Assembly (NCBI RefSeq): GCF_023055435.1
Contig: NW_025963879.1
Location: 14,446,001-14,510,000, forward strand
DNA: 64,000 bases
DNA from: Haliotis rufescens
Taxonomy: Eukaryota
Direction: 5' to 3'
Shown in pieces: positions 1 to 13,575 of this stretch. The translations under genes were made by a program, and so were the position numbers. Position 1 is the first letter of the stretch, and every line of letters starts with the position of its first letter. The notes beneath the pieces were generated by a model that saw only the letters and a list, made by a program, of their open reading frames with translations, did not search any database and had not been told where the DNA came from.

Positions 1-41
1 TGCTGAAACCTCAAGTTGCTGTTGAAGCTGTTGCACATGGC
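1..41 (-). CDS. Candidate internal exon (5' part only; runs off the window edge), protein unidentified
   Basis: Minus strand reads ...gcagcttttcag|GCCATGTGCAACAGCTTCAACAGCAACTTGAGGTTTCAGCA: good acceptor, with two open frames (AMCNSFNSNLRFQ in phase 0; HVQQLQQQLEVSA in another). Only 41 nt visible. Confidence 0.3.
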
Positions 42-379
42 CTGAAAAGCTGCATGTTTAGAGACAAGAATACACAGGAGTAAATCTGGAGGAAATGATA
101 CTATGATTTAAACTGTTTATCAGTGGGTCCAACTGCATCACTTCAAACTGATAAAGCTGTAGATGTTTGTGTCTGTATGCAGGATGTAGTAAAGTGTGAG
201 TTGTTGTGGCAGGGCATACACATAATGAACATATCATGCTTTAATGTTGTTATTCCTCTTTTAACAATCATGCTATTCCATTGGTTAATCTGTACCACGT
301 GATGAAACACTATGTTTTACTGAAGCCCCAATATCATTTCACATATTGACCTTGTCAAGAATAATTCTTTGTAAAATTT

Positions 380-1163
380 TTTATCATATAATGGATGGGT
401 TTTTTGTCAAAAAATGATATTCGTTAGGGTCATATGCGGGTAGAGATGCAAATATCAAAGGTCAAGTAGGGACTACTTTCAGTGTTTACAAACAAACATG
501 GCATCACCCTTGTCATTCAGTGATCGAGTCAGAATTAACCATCTGGAATCTGGAGAAACTACTGGGATACATTGGATAATTGTTATTATTATCTAAAGAA
601 TAGTCTAATATACAGAAAATCAGTGTCTAACTGTGATGTAGCTCATTAAAGGCATTTTACATGTTTTGGCAGCTTTAGAGATATAAATTGCGAAACAATT
701 TAGCGAGGACACTAGCCTGGCGAAATCAGTTTCCATATCAGTGCTTGTAGATATTTGTGGCTTGGAACTTTTTCTCCAAATTAAAACAGTTGAATTTTTG
801 TCGAAATATGTCCTAATTGTTACCTTATGTCCTTTTGTCGCTGTGGGTACATCCGACTGCACTTCGTTATGAGTACAGACTAGGGTTAGCCGACAGACCG
901 ATGGATTGCCGCGAAAGGTAAGTAGAAACAATTTGTGCAGGCAATTGCTGTTTTGCCCATATATAGTTACGCTGCTGTATAAGAAACAGGTTTCAATTGG
1001 ATTTATATTGACTGTTGTCACTGTCCGACGGACACGTAAATTACCTTCTGACGTAATGTATATTAATGCGCATATTCCAGGAAAACTTGAATTGTTTAGG
1101 TAATGTTTTTGAGAGATAGAAGAGATTTTTCAAGCACAGATTGGACGGACATTATATGATAAA
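380..1163. mobile_element. Non-autonomous DNA element with 14-bp inverted termini (possibly Crypton-related)
   Basis: TTTATCATATAATG (380-393) and CATTATATGATAAA (1150-1163) are exact inverted repeats. 380-~610 recurs inverted at 23515-23757. Interior is CpG-richer than the flanks. No TSD seen. Confidence 0.55.
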
Positions 1164-1395
1164 GAGGTGATCACGCTTAACCATTAGGATATTTACCATT
1201 CCCAAACACACTCACGTGATAACCTCCATTTATGAGCAGTCAGAAATAGATTCCATCTATATCTGTGTCTGGGTAAGACAAACCAGTGGTTGAAAGCATG
1301 AGCAATGATCCACACCTTTGTGTGATGACACACAAAGAGCCAGGTCACATCTTGGCCACACAAGCATGGGATGCTGTGCTCCTGTTCTGCCCTCG

Positions 1396-1644
1396 GTGTG
1401 TTTTGTGGTTGTTTATCGCTGCACTCAGCAATATTCCGGTTCCATGATGGCGGTCTGTAAATAATCAAGTCTGGACCAGAAAATCCAGTGATTGACATTA
1501 TGAGCATCAATCCACACAATTGGGATCGATGACATGCATCAACCAACTCGATCCCGTTAGTCGGCTCTTGTGGACAAGCATAGTTGCCTTTTATGGCACT
1601 TATGGGTTGCTGAAGGTCTATTCATCACCGGATCTTTATGGGTC
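1396..1644 (-). mobile_element. SINE family C, full length
   Basis: Matches other family C copies; TSD CTGCCCTCG at 1387-1395 and 1645-1653; 5' end GACCC. Confidence 0.85.
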
Positions 1645-3009
1645 CTGCCCTCGAGTCCCCACTAAGTAACACATATAACACAATATCATTTGGAACATTG
1701 TTTAACTATATATATGATCGTGAATATCCTGATATAAATATGATGAAATATCCTTGATCTAGCTTGGACAAGTCCACTGATTAGCATACAATATGCACTG
1801 CCATATCACATATTCACATCTTATTGTATTGTTCACCATGTTCACCAAAATGAATTAATATTAGATTTTCTTTCAAATGGATCAATAGGTAGGAGACTTT
1901 TAATTTGGATATTATATTTTTTTTCAAATGAACCATAAAAGTAATCTGTGCACATTAATCATTGATTGATATGATTCCCACAAACAGAAACCTTCGGAGG
2001 ACTCTCATCAACTCAATGGGAATACATCGCTTGTCTTCATTTGTGGGTACAAGTGAACAATAAGATGAGCCAAGGCTGATGTTAGGTGGTGAGTATCCCA
2101 AGGAAAGATAAAAATCTATTAATTAATTTATTATGGCCTTAGAAAAATATATTCTGAACAAATAAGCATTTCCACAAAAACGAGACCGCTTCTCCTGATA
2201 AAAAGGTATGGTCTATTTCAGAATGTCCCAGTCTGGAAGCCAAGGCACGTACAGTGTGATCTCCACATGCAACAGAAGCTCAAAATAAACTTATACATTT
2301 TTCATTGTTGCTTGATCGTGTTCTGCCTTATTCCTGAACTTGGCACTAATTAAGTCGATACGCAAAAAGTCATAACCTTGATGCTAAAGAGGAGGAAATG
2401 CACACTGATCGGAATCGCAGATTGCATTAATGACAAGGAAATGGACATGCCTATTGATAACCACTACATAAATAGCTCTCTGATTGGCTGGGCTGTTTAC
2501 ATTGAGTACCTGTGCAGATCTGTTATTTGCATAGTAGGCAAAGTGAAGTGGAAGCATGGATCCAAGAATCTTACTTCCAGAAATCAGGAATTCTTTGGAT
2601 GTAATAGAATATTTTTCTGATTGTCATGGTGTTGATTTAATACAATTCACAGAGGGTGTTGCAATTAATATTCAGTGTTGATGACTGATAAAAGTCAAAC
2701 AAAAACAAACATCTGATAATTAATTCAACATAGAGAATATTTATCTCAATAAAAAACATATTGACTCAAATTTCTTTCTTATAAATAAACTGTATTTCTA
2801 CTTCTTATGGTACTCATTCGAGCATTTACTGTTTTCAATGAAGTAGGACTTTACAGATATACTTTATCGATAATCTTAAATGTCATCTTTGAATAAACCT
2901 GTACTGTGAATTAATTTCTATCAGTTTCCTTAGATTGTTTATCATTATAGTCTGTTGTGAGGGAAGAAGGCAGCAATATGATTTTCAAATGAGTCGAGTT
3001 GAACTGAGC

Positions 3010-3230
3010 CCACCTAGATAGAATGGCACAGTTTGAATGTAACTACCCTACTCAGACACAGTAATAAATGACTCCGAGCCAACCAGTACTTGTTTTATCC
3101 CCTGGCATGGCAAGGCAGGGTAACAAAAAATACCATCTATTGATGACTCTCGGTATGACATGGACAGGGATTGAAACAACGACCTTCTGCTTTCCGGGCA
3201 GACACTATCCACTAGACCATGGGGGTGGTC
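3010..3230 (-). mobile_element. SINE family D (tRNA head plus Meta/MESC-like core), degenerate
   Basis: Homologous to 16326-16510 and 34549-34888; A-box-like TGGTCTAGTGG on the minus strand. Confidence 0.65.
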
Positions 3231-3321
3231 ACAAATTACACAAACTCACACAGGCTTAAGACTTTACAAAGATCATATTTGGGAGAGAACAGAAATAACA
3301 GGTTGTTGATAATATGAGCAA

Positions 3322-3589
3322 TGATCAGTTCCAGTATGAAGACATCCATCAGTGCGGAGAGGAGAGTTGACATTCCTATGCATCAATATGCATGTTATAA
3401 AGGGGACCGATCCTGCCCATGAGTTGGTTGGGGATTTGTTACACTGATGTTCACCTGATCAGTTCCAGTATGAAGACATCCATCAGTGCGGAGAGGAGAG
3501 TTGACATTCCTATGCATCAATATGCATGTTATAAAGGGGACCGATCCTGCCCATGAGTTGGTTGGGGATTTGTTACACTGATGTTCACC
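3322..3589. repeat. Exact 134-bp tandem duplication
   Basis: 3322-3455 is identical to 3456-3589. Confidence 0.95.
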
Positions 3590-3820
3590 GTACTCCAGGG
3601 AATTCCGGGGCAGTCCCTTGATGGAAGACTCAGCTGTAAGGAGGATGAGGCGGCAACAGTTTGTGGCATGTCTACTGGTGTGTAATCACACCCTGATGGC
3701 AAGGATCCTGCTTGTGCTGCCATCTAGTGGTCTGTCTGATCCACACTGGACTGTGTTGACAAGCCCCAGCTAACTATTGCTGACAGTGGTGTTGAAAAGC
3801 ATTCATTCACTCACTCACTC
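3456..3820 (+). mobile_element. Retroposon family F (shared 3' tail; family-C-like hairpin module); 5' boundary uncertain
   Basis: Ends CTATTGCTGACAGTGGTGTTGAAAAGCATTCATTCACTCACTCACTC, like the A/B/C tails. Contains TATGCATGTTATAAAGGGGAC, similar to family C TATGCTTGTCGTAAGAGGCGAC. Confidence 0.5.
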
Positions 3821-5481
3821 TGAGTATTTCCTTTCCTCAAGAACAAATGGCTTGGATAATTTGTTTCAAAGTAACAAGATATGCCTAATGTCTTACTATA
3901 ACATCAACAATTTCCTGCATTTACTGCCTGAAGTCAGATGGTAGCAGGTGTTGAAATAAAGCAATAGAGACATTTATCAATGGGGAGCTTTTAAGTCGGC
4001 AAGGTTACATGAGAATATCTTCTTCACATGACAAAGTTGATTAAACCCAACAGCAGAAGTCACAGTAAATTGCATGTTCAGCGCCCGGACTCCAACTTTT
4101 ACAAAGGTCACAGGTGCTTCACTGTGCCAATGTAAGTATTTATAGTGGGGAAGGATCTTCTCATTAATATATTAAAACCTGTGAAAATACTATGCAGAGT
4201 TTTTTGGTCACTGAGTTCACTTCACTATCCTCTTCAATAATGCCCAAGAACAGAGACTGCCCCTATTGAATGCCCAAGAATAGAGACTATCTGATAAACA
4301 ACCCAGTCTACTCATCCCTGGTAAACCAACAGCAGCTGGAGGAACCATTGAAGGAAGTATTCTACCTCAGAATTCAATATTTTAAATCACCGCTTTAATT
4401 TTAGACATGCAACTTGCTATACATGTAATCAGGTTAAAGTGCTGCCACCAAACTATTGATGACAGGCACATTATCTATCAACACCTCTGACAGACAGCAC
4501 AAGATAAACTTCCACGGTCAGTCAAACAGTCAAACGTGGAAAACCCATATGGACATGTCATGTTCAACAGATTGACAGCTGCAGCTGCATCAAATACTAT
4601 GTAGAAGGAGATGATATATAGTACTTGTTTATTTGTGTTATCAGGAAAGTGACATGACAACTGACGTAAGTTCAAAACTTGACTTCATTATCAATGTAAA
4701 TATGCTGATATCAACCCCAAGTGATACTGCTGCAACAAATTTATCTTACCGACATGTTATAACCTGCCAATGTAAAAGAATTAAAACAAATTCAAACTTG
4801 ATAGAAAACAGCTGTTCGATTGAGCTGAAGTTAACTTGTGCTATCTCACATGACTTCATTGTGCAGCTTTTTGCCTCGAAGCAGGGAATAAGGGATCTAT
4901 TCTCCCCCTCAGAAATCTACGTGCATCCTGTCTTCTTCGTGGCAGGGTATAAGGGATTTATTCTCGCGCTCAGAAATTTGGTGGGATACATAGTATTTTA
5001 TCAAGATCATGTGAAGCAATCAGATCTCATCATTCTGACATGGAGGTATCATAAATCTGTTTGTTTGTTTGTTTGTTTATTTATTGGAGGAGGATGAAAT
5101 GTAGGGGAATATTAACTAAGCAGTCGCATTACAAAGGAGGAACACCAAGGATGGGCTGTCCCCATTTCACCAAATTTAGGATTGAACTTTGTATGATGAG
5201 GAAACACTCTAATTACTGAGCTGTCATCATTCAAACAAGCTGGGATATGACAGAAGCTCTTTTGGGTCAGCTTAAGAAGTTTGACAGTTTTATACAATGT
5301 GGTTGAGCCCTATGAAGAAGGATCATGAACAGCATTTCCACCAAGAAAGCAATGAGCATTTCAATTTTGTTTTACCATGTGAAGAGAATTTTTTTTTTTA
5401 ACCAAGTTATTCCTAATCTCTGATCATGCAACTTCAAACATGTTGTGTATATGTATGTAACAATATGGTCCATACCATATA

Positions 5482-5609
5482 CCGTATTCGACGTAATAAT
5501 CGCCCAGTGCGCTCTCAAAATTAGAATTAGCGGGCTCTTATTAGAATAATATATTGGTGAAAAAAACAGAGTAAAAAGACAAATTTTGTGCTTATTACGT
5601 AGAATACGG
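5482..5609. mobile_element. 128-bp pogo/Tigger-like MITE
   Basis: TA|CCGTATTCGACGTAATAA ... TTATTACGTAGAATACGG|TA: terminal inverted repeats (TIRs) with a TA duplication. Confidence 0.8.
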
Positions 5610-5928
5610 TATTACGTAATGTAAAGGCCAATTTGTCATATTTACCAGTTTACAGATCTTTGTATTAGGGCTGGGACGGGTAACTTGGGTACATGGGTCA
5701 GATGGGTACTGAGGAGGACCCGGGTGCCCACAGGACTTCCCAGACCCATGGTGAGTCATGTGAGATAATTGTTTAAAGACACAAATGATATGGAACTCCA
5801 TGGTTACACTACATGTCACAGATTTTCGCATTTCTTTCTGACTATACAAACATTCCTTCTGCTTTTTAAGTTTTATAAAGATTAAGCTTCAGCAAATTCA
5901 GTGTATGCATGATCTGAACAATTTTATA

Positions 5929-6548
5929 TACTCACTGCAAAAAGAAACATGAATATCATACATGTTTGTTAATATATGAAGACTTACGTATATTCAAGAG
6001 ATATGAGATTGGTTTGATGCACAAACAAACATACTGGTATGTGAACCAATGTGCATGAGTGAGTGAGTGAGTTGGGTTTAACGCCGCTTTTAACAGTATT
6101 CCAGTTATATCACGGCGGGTCAGCTTAATGTGGGAGGAAAGCCCAAAGTGATGCAGGTCGCAGACGTTTACCACTTCAATGAAACCCACGAGCACGGGTA
6201 TGGTGCTGACAAACCTAGAAACATAATTGGAGCGAACCGGGATTCGAACCCACAATCATAGGTTTCTGGCATGCCCAAGGGACGCAACTCTGCCTTCGAC
6301 GACTGGGCTACCTGTGCTTCCTGATGTGCATGAACACATCACATGTGACGTCATAGATCCATTACTCGAGATGCACCATCTTTTGTAAATCCCATGCAGC
6401 ATATCGTGATAAGAATAAAGACACTCTGTGGTAACACTTCACTGATTATGAGTTTTGTCATTAAGTGGTACACATTGGAAACATCTGTTCTTAACATACA
6501 TACTTCTCGATATGTTACTATGGTTCGCGTTTCTTTTGGTGGTGAGTA
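5929..6548. mobile_element. Tc1/mariner-like MITE nested in the hAT element
   Basis: TA|TACTCACTGCAAAAAGAAAC ... GTTTCTTTTGGTGGTGAGTA|TA: imperfect TIRs with a TA TSD. Confidence 0.72.
6059..6321 (-). mobile_element. SINE family B (tRNA-Leu-like head, (ACTC)n tail)
   Basis: B-box GGTTCGAATCC; TSD ATGTGCATGA at 6049-6058 and 6324-6333. Confidence 0.92.
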
Positions 6549-7430
6549 TACTTTTTGCCAGGGCTGCGGTAAAAAAATTCACTATTGGACATTTTTTACC
6601 CAACACTTGAGACCTCCATTTGGTAGAGTTGGGTAATAGGGGGTTGGATACCTGGGTCGTAAATTTGGACTCATCCCAGCCCTACTTTGTATGAAAAGTC
6701 CTGGTAAGTTGGCGGTATGTTTTGTTCTTCGTGCAAGTGTACCTTGGTATTAGTAATGTCTGTGTCATCAGTCTTGCAGAGTTCCTATTTTATGTACAGT
6801 ATGTGGTGGACATGTAAGTTTGTATTCGGCAGAATAAAACAACTTTTAAATTTTAATTTTCTTCAACTTTTAATTAACCTGGGGTTGGAAGAATGCGTAA
6901 ACCAATTTTCATAAAACTGTCTGGTCCAAAAATTTTCAACAGGACTGTGTAGGACTTCACTGGTTGCTATTATAATGCTGAATTGAGACACTTCAAGATT
7001 TATCTTGCAACAAACGATAACACTTCATAACAGTCCCAAAGATATTGCCTGGCTCTAGTTCTACCGCCATATATAAATGACTGAAAGAAATGAAAAAGAA
7101 TTAACCTCCCAGACAGAATGCAAGAACAAATATTGATCCAGTGTTGGAGATGTCTACAATCAAAATACAGCCATCACAACTCCCAATTCATTATTGAAGA
7201 GAAAGGACAGATGAAAGAGGCAGATTGGGTGTGAAACTGAGGCAGAAGATGGAGCTCTCGAGACAATAGTGTCAGTGACTTATCTCCCTTTACGACCTCT
7301 TATTGTCTTGTCTGTGACCTTGTCTGAACCATCAGGTAGGGATTCTGGAGAGAAGTAATACACTGAGCTGAAATGAAGGGGTCAACAGCTTCAGTTTCAT
7401 GGGACACTTAATGTCTGGCATGAAGTCACA

Positions 7431-7606
7431 GTGAGTGAGTGAGTGAGTGAGTATCGTTTTACGGCGCTTTTAGCAATATTCCAGCAATATCACAGCGGTG
7501 ACACCAGAAATGGGCTTCACACATTGTACCCATGTCGGGAATCGAACCCGGGTCTTCGGCGTGACAAGTGAACACTTTAACTACTAGGCTACCCAACCGC
7601 CCCGCG
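7431..7606 (-). mobile_element. SINE family A (tRNA-Asp-like head)
   Basis: A-box TAGCCTAGT, B-box GGTTCGATTCC, GTCAC anticodon-loop remnant; TSD TGAAGTCACA at 7421-7430 and 7607-7616. Confidence 0.92.
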
Positions 7607-10112
7607 TGAAGTCACAATAATGCGTGTTGGGTAACTATAGTTTCTGGCCAGTTAGGACAGACCTAGTATGCCGTTGGGTCAAATGGACATAGTATTATTC
7701 TGCTTTATGACGTAATTAATAGTCCGTTTAGAAGTCATAACAGTTTGTCCCTTTTTCAGGTTTATAGCACTTACAGTTTACGTCATAGCGCCCTTGGTGG
7801 CACATGCTGGTATTGTCTGCTGTTGGAAGACATGGTGTAGCACTGACAAGAGGCTTGTGTACCATGTATCAAGGACCATTATCACAAAGGTAAAGTCCAG
7901 ATTATGCATCTCAATGTTCATGCAGTTGGCACCTTTCTACTTGAAGCAAATCATATCTTGTTTCACTTACAATAAATCCACAACACATTCATTCCTCATG
8001 TGATGATTACTTGCCATTTAGGTCAACTGACTGTGAGGAGATCAGGGACAGATTTGGGAAACATTATTTTTTGAAACTCTCACAGCATTTGGTGACAGTG
8101 ACAAATTCCGGCTTAGTGAATGAAAGTGAGGTGAATTATTTTTCATGCCAGTTTGAACAGAATTTCAGTTCTACCACATGTCAGCTTGAAGTGCAAAGTA
8201 TTTCATGTCAAAGACATTTACAACTTTGGTGAAACCCATAGGAATAGTATTGTGTTGTCAAACCAGGGATCTTAATCAGTTGAACATGGGTTCACACAAT
8301 AATTTTGGGGTCCTGGTATAGCTAAGGGATGCAACTCTGAAGCACACTGAATTACACTACTGGGCAAACACTGGTCCCTTTTTCGTTTAGAAAATAAGGA
8401 GGCCTAGTAGGGCCAACACCAGTCAACTGTATGAGGATGAGAATGAACTCTATTTAAAGGGCCACAGGGCGTACTGCAGCAGTGACCATAGGTGTCCACT
8501 ACAGGAAACTATCACCCAGGTCACTGACCCAGGCCTTGAACGACTGGGCCACCTGTGCCCCAAAATGAAATGTATCATGTTGTTTGGAGGGAACCTAAAG
8601 CTACAGTCACATTGGCAACATTGCAGCCATCAGCATGTTTCTTGCATGACAATTACATGAGTTATTACCCTTTTCATAATGAGTGTAATAGAGTGTTCTA
8701 AAATTTGTTAGTTTATTAAATAACTGTGAAATATTGAATGGGCAGATCTGTAGAATCAAGAAATAAAGAATAAAAACACTTTTTTATGGCAGACAATCAA
8801 ACATTATGACTTACAAAAGAATATGAACACAATTTGATCTAACCCACAAGTTTTTTAATTTTGACTCAATTCTACATATTTCTTTCCAACACTCTTCAGT
8901 CTTAAAGTTAGCCAACAACATTTGCCAATATCAGAATGATTGATCCGATAACCTAGGAAGATAGGAATCCAGTGAGAGACTGTCCATTCACACCTTGCCA
9001 ATATTGGCTGGTAAGATAGAAGCCTGACTACCAATGTCCATCAATATTGACCTTTGCCAAAGACCAACCACAGATGCGCTATTTTCTCTTATCTGACCAC
9101 CACTAATGATCACTTGACACATACGATGGATCTCAAACTGGACACACAGGTCACTGTCATCGTGGCAACAGTTCAGGAAATATGATTTTGTATTTTGTCA
9201 TCATCTTCAAACTCATATTGAGCATGTTGAGACAGTGTGTTCATATTTTCATCTCAATGAGTTAGGGAATGCAGATTTTGAGATACTCCAGCGTTATTGA
9301 TGGGTTGCTTACGAAAGTAATGATGTCATTCATAATTCAAGCGAGTGCATCTCTGACATTTAACAGAAGCCAGAAATGGCACTTCCACAGAGCTCATTCA
9401 ACCTGATCTGATTTTCAATGAAAAATTGCTTTTCAATTTTCTAGAGTGGGAGATAAGAATATAATACCCTAAATCTGAAGTTGCCACAAAAGGAGATCCG
9501 GATATGGGTGATAATGACAAAGTCGTGAGTCAACAGATGATATCATGGCCGGTCAACACAAAGACTGTCACTCACCTTTATAATGCTTGACCCATAAAAC
9601 ACTCTTTGAGAAGAGTACAAAGGTCAATCATATTCATGTCAACTTTGAAAAAGCACAAAAATTCCACTTTTGTAAAAGAGCAATAACATTCTCACTTTGC
9701 TCATTTTCCTTTTGTTTGTTGCAAGGCATATTGCACTTTATTATCTTTTTGGAAGATACAAGAGTGAATCACTGTGCAGTAACTTGACTTGTACCATATG
9801 TTCCCATGGGTTCGCATCAAATGAATGATTGACTTTCCTTTGCATGTGTTTGTGATGGGTGCCACTGGAGGTCCAGCCACCTTTTCATGAACACCTGGTA
9901 TCATCGCTATTTGACAGTGATTCATAAACATATGCTCTCATAAAATAGTCAGAATCATACATAAGAGATTTCTTATGACCATGGAAAGGACTAAGTCGCT
10001 TTTATTTACAAAGAATGAATTCTGTTTACCTTTACAAAGTATATGGGTTAGAATTAAGCTATCATTCTGCCATGTATTTGAAATTGCACCACCTGGTCGA
10101 CTACCCTAAAAA

Positions 10113-10420
10113 GTGAGGTAGGGTGAAATGGAGATTGATGATGCTTCAAGAACATTTCACTTATATAGCAATTTGAATGCACATGTGTGTGTGACTGTTT
10201 GTACTTGTCTGGGCTAATGCAGGTTTTATAGTGTCAGCCCACTGAGATACCATGCAGCAGTTTGATTAAAAATACCCCACTCAGACACAGTATAGTGACT
10301 CCCAGCCGACCAGGACTTGTTTTATCCTGCTTGTAAATGCTGAGTGCCAGACAGGGTGAAAACAAGGACCATTTCATACAGAGTGGCCTGGCAGAAGGTC
10401 TATCCACAACACAAGAAAAA
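10113..10420 (-). mobile_element. SINE family D, degenerate
   Basis: Colinear with 34549-34888, including the TG-rich segment and the CCACTGAGAT..CAGACACAGTA..GACCAG..GTGCCAGRCAGGG core. Confidence 0.7.
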
Positions 10421-10449
10421 AGTGAGAGAGCAAGTGAATTTTTTTTTTT

Positions 10450-10634
10450 TTTAAAATCAGCAATCATCTAGCCATATCACATCTGAAAACGATCAATCGA
10501 TCAAACCTGGATCAGACAAACCATCTGTTGATTGCAATCCACACATGCAGTGAACCAGGATACAGCATCAGCCAGATCTCGTACTGCGACAGCTCCTACA
10601 ACAAGCTGTGGTACCCCCTCTGTTCTAGATTCCC
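10450..10634 (-). mobile_element. SINE family C, highly degenerate
   Basis: Weak colinear match (cagcaat..ctggatcagacaaacc..ctacaacaagc). Confidence 0.45.
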
Positions 10635-10647
10635 CACTGGAAGATAG

Positions 10648-10891
10648 TGAGTGAGTGAGTGAGTTGGGTTTACTGCCGCTTTTAACAGTATTCCAGTTAT
10701 ATCGTGGCATGTCAGCCCAAACCCCAAAGTGATGCAGGTCTCAGACGTTTACCATTTCGGTGAAACCCACGAGCATGGGTATGGTGGTGCTGACAAACCT
10801 AGAAACATAATCGGGGCGAACCGGGATTCGAAACCACAATCATAGGTTTCTGGTGTGCCTAAGGGATGCATATCTGCACAGTGAATCGCGG
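10648..10891 (-). mobile_element. SINE family B, 5'-truncated
   Basis: 13-bp TSD CACTGGAAGATAG at 10635-10647 and 10892-10904. Confidence 0.92.
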
Positions 10892-12492
10892 CACTGGAAG
10901 ATAGAGGTGCAATACATTCACATATAGTAAACAACAATTGATCAGAAAAATAGCACCATTATATATGAAATTAGCTTTTCATCTAATCAGTACCATCAGT
11001 GTTACGAGTGGGAATGTTGTTCCTTAAAATAAACCACTATTTTGCATGATCCAACTTCCTAATGTATATCGTTAACAATAGTCACTAAAGGCTATGATAT
11101 ATAATTGTTCAGATTTTCATGCCCACACTTCAATCCGAATACCAACCTTGTCCCCAAGTACCTGCATATGAAGGAAATTGCAGTGTGTGTCCCCTTCTTT
11201 CATTACTTGATAAACTACACAATACATGAAGTCCAAACCAACATTTATACTTCTTTCAAAAGACTAACAGATGCTTTCAAAAACATCCTGCCTCACATTT
11301 TGGACAATTTCGACGAAAAACAAATACTAGTTTATTGTGGCCTTCCACTGATCACATCAATCATGATTATTCAAACTTTTTACCCTCAAATGAAATCTCG
11401 TTGGATATAGGTCATTACCACAAACTGAATAAGATGTTTTAGATACGCTCTTCTTCTCTGACGAGGGTTAGAGAGAAATAAAACGCTGAAATCAGTTTTA
11501 GGGTCATTGCTGCTCCATTTGTCAATTACGTTAACGACAAATGCTACCCATATCTCAGTGTCCAAGGATATTGAATTAAATGCACAGACATGGAGGGCGA
11601 AACTCCATGGTCTTTGTGAAGCCATTCTTAAGTTCCATTACACCAAACAAGATTTGATGGTGTTTCAAGAAGCCGTAGTGCAATGTCTTGCCATCCTTTA
11701 AAAACATGCTGATATTTCTGTACCTGTTTCTTGATTTTCTTTGACCTCAAACACCTCGGTACAGATTTAATTCAGTTTGTTTGTGAGCTTGGGTGTAATG
11801 TCAGCATGGAATCGTTAAGACATTCAGGGAGTGAGTGAATGAGATTGAATGCCATAGTTAGCAATACAAGTCCCGTAGGACAGAGCTAATGGATGATCCT
11901 GTCATGGGTTCTGAATTCTTGCAAAGACCCTCCAAACAGGGTTAATTAAGTGTTAATGAACTAACAAAACAATCTGGATTGTATATTTTGGGGCACTGCG
12001 GAGCTGTGAGGAATTTCATCTTTTATAACATAAATTCATGAAGTAAATTCATAAATTCACCTGAAACTTGAAGATACAAGCAGATTACTTATTCCAGGTA
12101 CATTGTATTGTCAGATGTATAGTATAGTATTTGCAAAGGTAAACACAAGGGCCAACCTACTTTTAACAACATGACATAACATCCATGGTGTCATGAACAT
12201 TTGACAACAATATTCGTGTCAATTATTTACCACAATATCCTGATCTGAAATCTTGTCGCTATATGGGCTGCTTCACTAACAATGAAAACAATGGAACAAT
12301 AGCATGAATCATCCAATGAAAATTAGGCAAATGTTACAGATTTCATGGCTAGCAGTACCGGAAATATAATCCCCGGCATCCTTGCCCCCATGAGAAATAT
12401 CCTGTTATTTTAATTATTTTGTTATGAGGACAGGCAAATTACCAGAATGATCAAACCAGGTGATGTCTGTTGACACACAGTAGGTGGTACTG

Positions 12493-12925
12493 TGAGAGTC
12501 AGTGAGTTTGGTTTAATGCATGGTGTGTCAGTTTGATGTGGGAGGAATGTCAGAATTGTCAGCTTCATGTGGGAGGAATGTCAGAATTGTCAGCTTCATG
12601 TGGGAGGAATGTCAGAATTGTCAGCTTGATGTTGGAGGAATGTCAGAATTGTCAGCTTGATGTGGGAGGAATGTCAGAATTGTCAGCTTGATGTGGGAGG
12701 AATGTCAGAATTGTCAGCTTGATGTGGGAGGAATGTCAGAATTGTCAGCTTGATGTGGGAGGAATGTCAGAATTGTCAGCTTGATGTGGGAGGAATGTCA
12801 GAAGTGATGCAGGTCTCCACAACGTTAACCCCCGTGTCGGTGACCATGGGTATGGTGCTGACAAACCAAGGATCATATTCAGGGCAAATCTGGGATTCAA
12901 ACCCATGACCTTGGATCCTGGCTTA
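12493..12925 (-). mobile_element. SINE family B containing an internal minisatellite
   Basis: Family B tail and body flank nine 31-bp repeats. Confidence 0.85.
12527..12803. repeat. 31-bp minisatellite x9
   Basis: Unit GTCAGCTTGATGTGGGAGGAATGTCAGAATT, starting at 12527, 12558 ... 12775. Confidence 0.95.
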
Positions 12926-13444
12926 GTGATAGAACTCTGAACAGTAAATTGTAAGGTACCACAGTTCATAGAATGTCCAGAGAGCTTGTTGCTATATCTG
13001 ACCTCCAACACTGGTATAAACACAACAGAGACTCAAACCATGGATTGTGTCCCCTGTACTGAGGCATGACAACTCCTGAAATAGGCAGGAAGAGAACTAA
13101 AACAACCAATTGTAAAAGCCGTTGATAATGGTCATAATTGACCTTGACATAGTTCAGACACAAATTTGAATTTCAATCGCTATGTACTCAGCTCCCAAGT
13201 TTGCTCCTAGCGATAAGACCAGCAGAATAGCAGTCTCTCTGCACAAAGCCAAAATGTAAATACTCTGGGTGAAGGGGTGACAGATATGATGACAGTCAGC
13301 CCGGGGATCCCAAGCTGTGATAACCTTCGGGGCAAGGTCAAGGCTCACAAGACAATCTGACTTTGTTGTGAATATAGCAGAGGACTTCAGCATATGTTAA
13401 CATTATTTTGCCCTCCCTGATCAATGTCCGTAGTTACAAGCATC

Positions 13445-13575
13445 NNNNNNNNNNNNNNNNNNNNNNNNNNNNNNNNNNNNNNNNNNNNNNNNNNNNNNNN
13501 NNNNNNNNNNNNNNNNNNNNNNNNNNNNNNNNNNNNNNNNNNNNNNNNNNNNNNNNNNNNNNNNNNNNNNNNNNN
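13445..13575. other. Assembly gap (131 N)
   Basis: Run of N. Confidence 1.

Larger units (their letters stand above)
5666..6684. mobile_element. hAT-type non-autonomous element carrying two nested insertions
   Basis: TIRs TAGGGCTGGGA / TCCCAGCCCTA; perfect 8-bp TSD CTTTGTAT at 5658-5665 and 6685-6692; left end recurs at 16239. Confidence 0.88.

Noticed and set aside
620-1021. 133-aa ORF inside the inverted-repeat element
   Set aside because: No recognisable transposase or recombinase motif; non-ATG start.
9570-9660. Strong minus-strand donor AAG|GTGAGT near 9575
   Set aside because: Stop codon just before the donor in the ATG frame, and no convincing acceptor or peptide.
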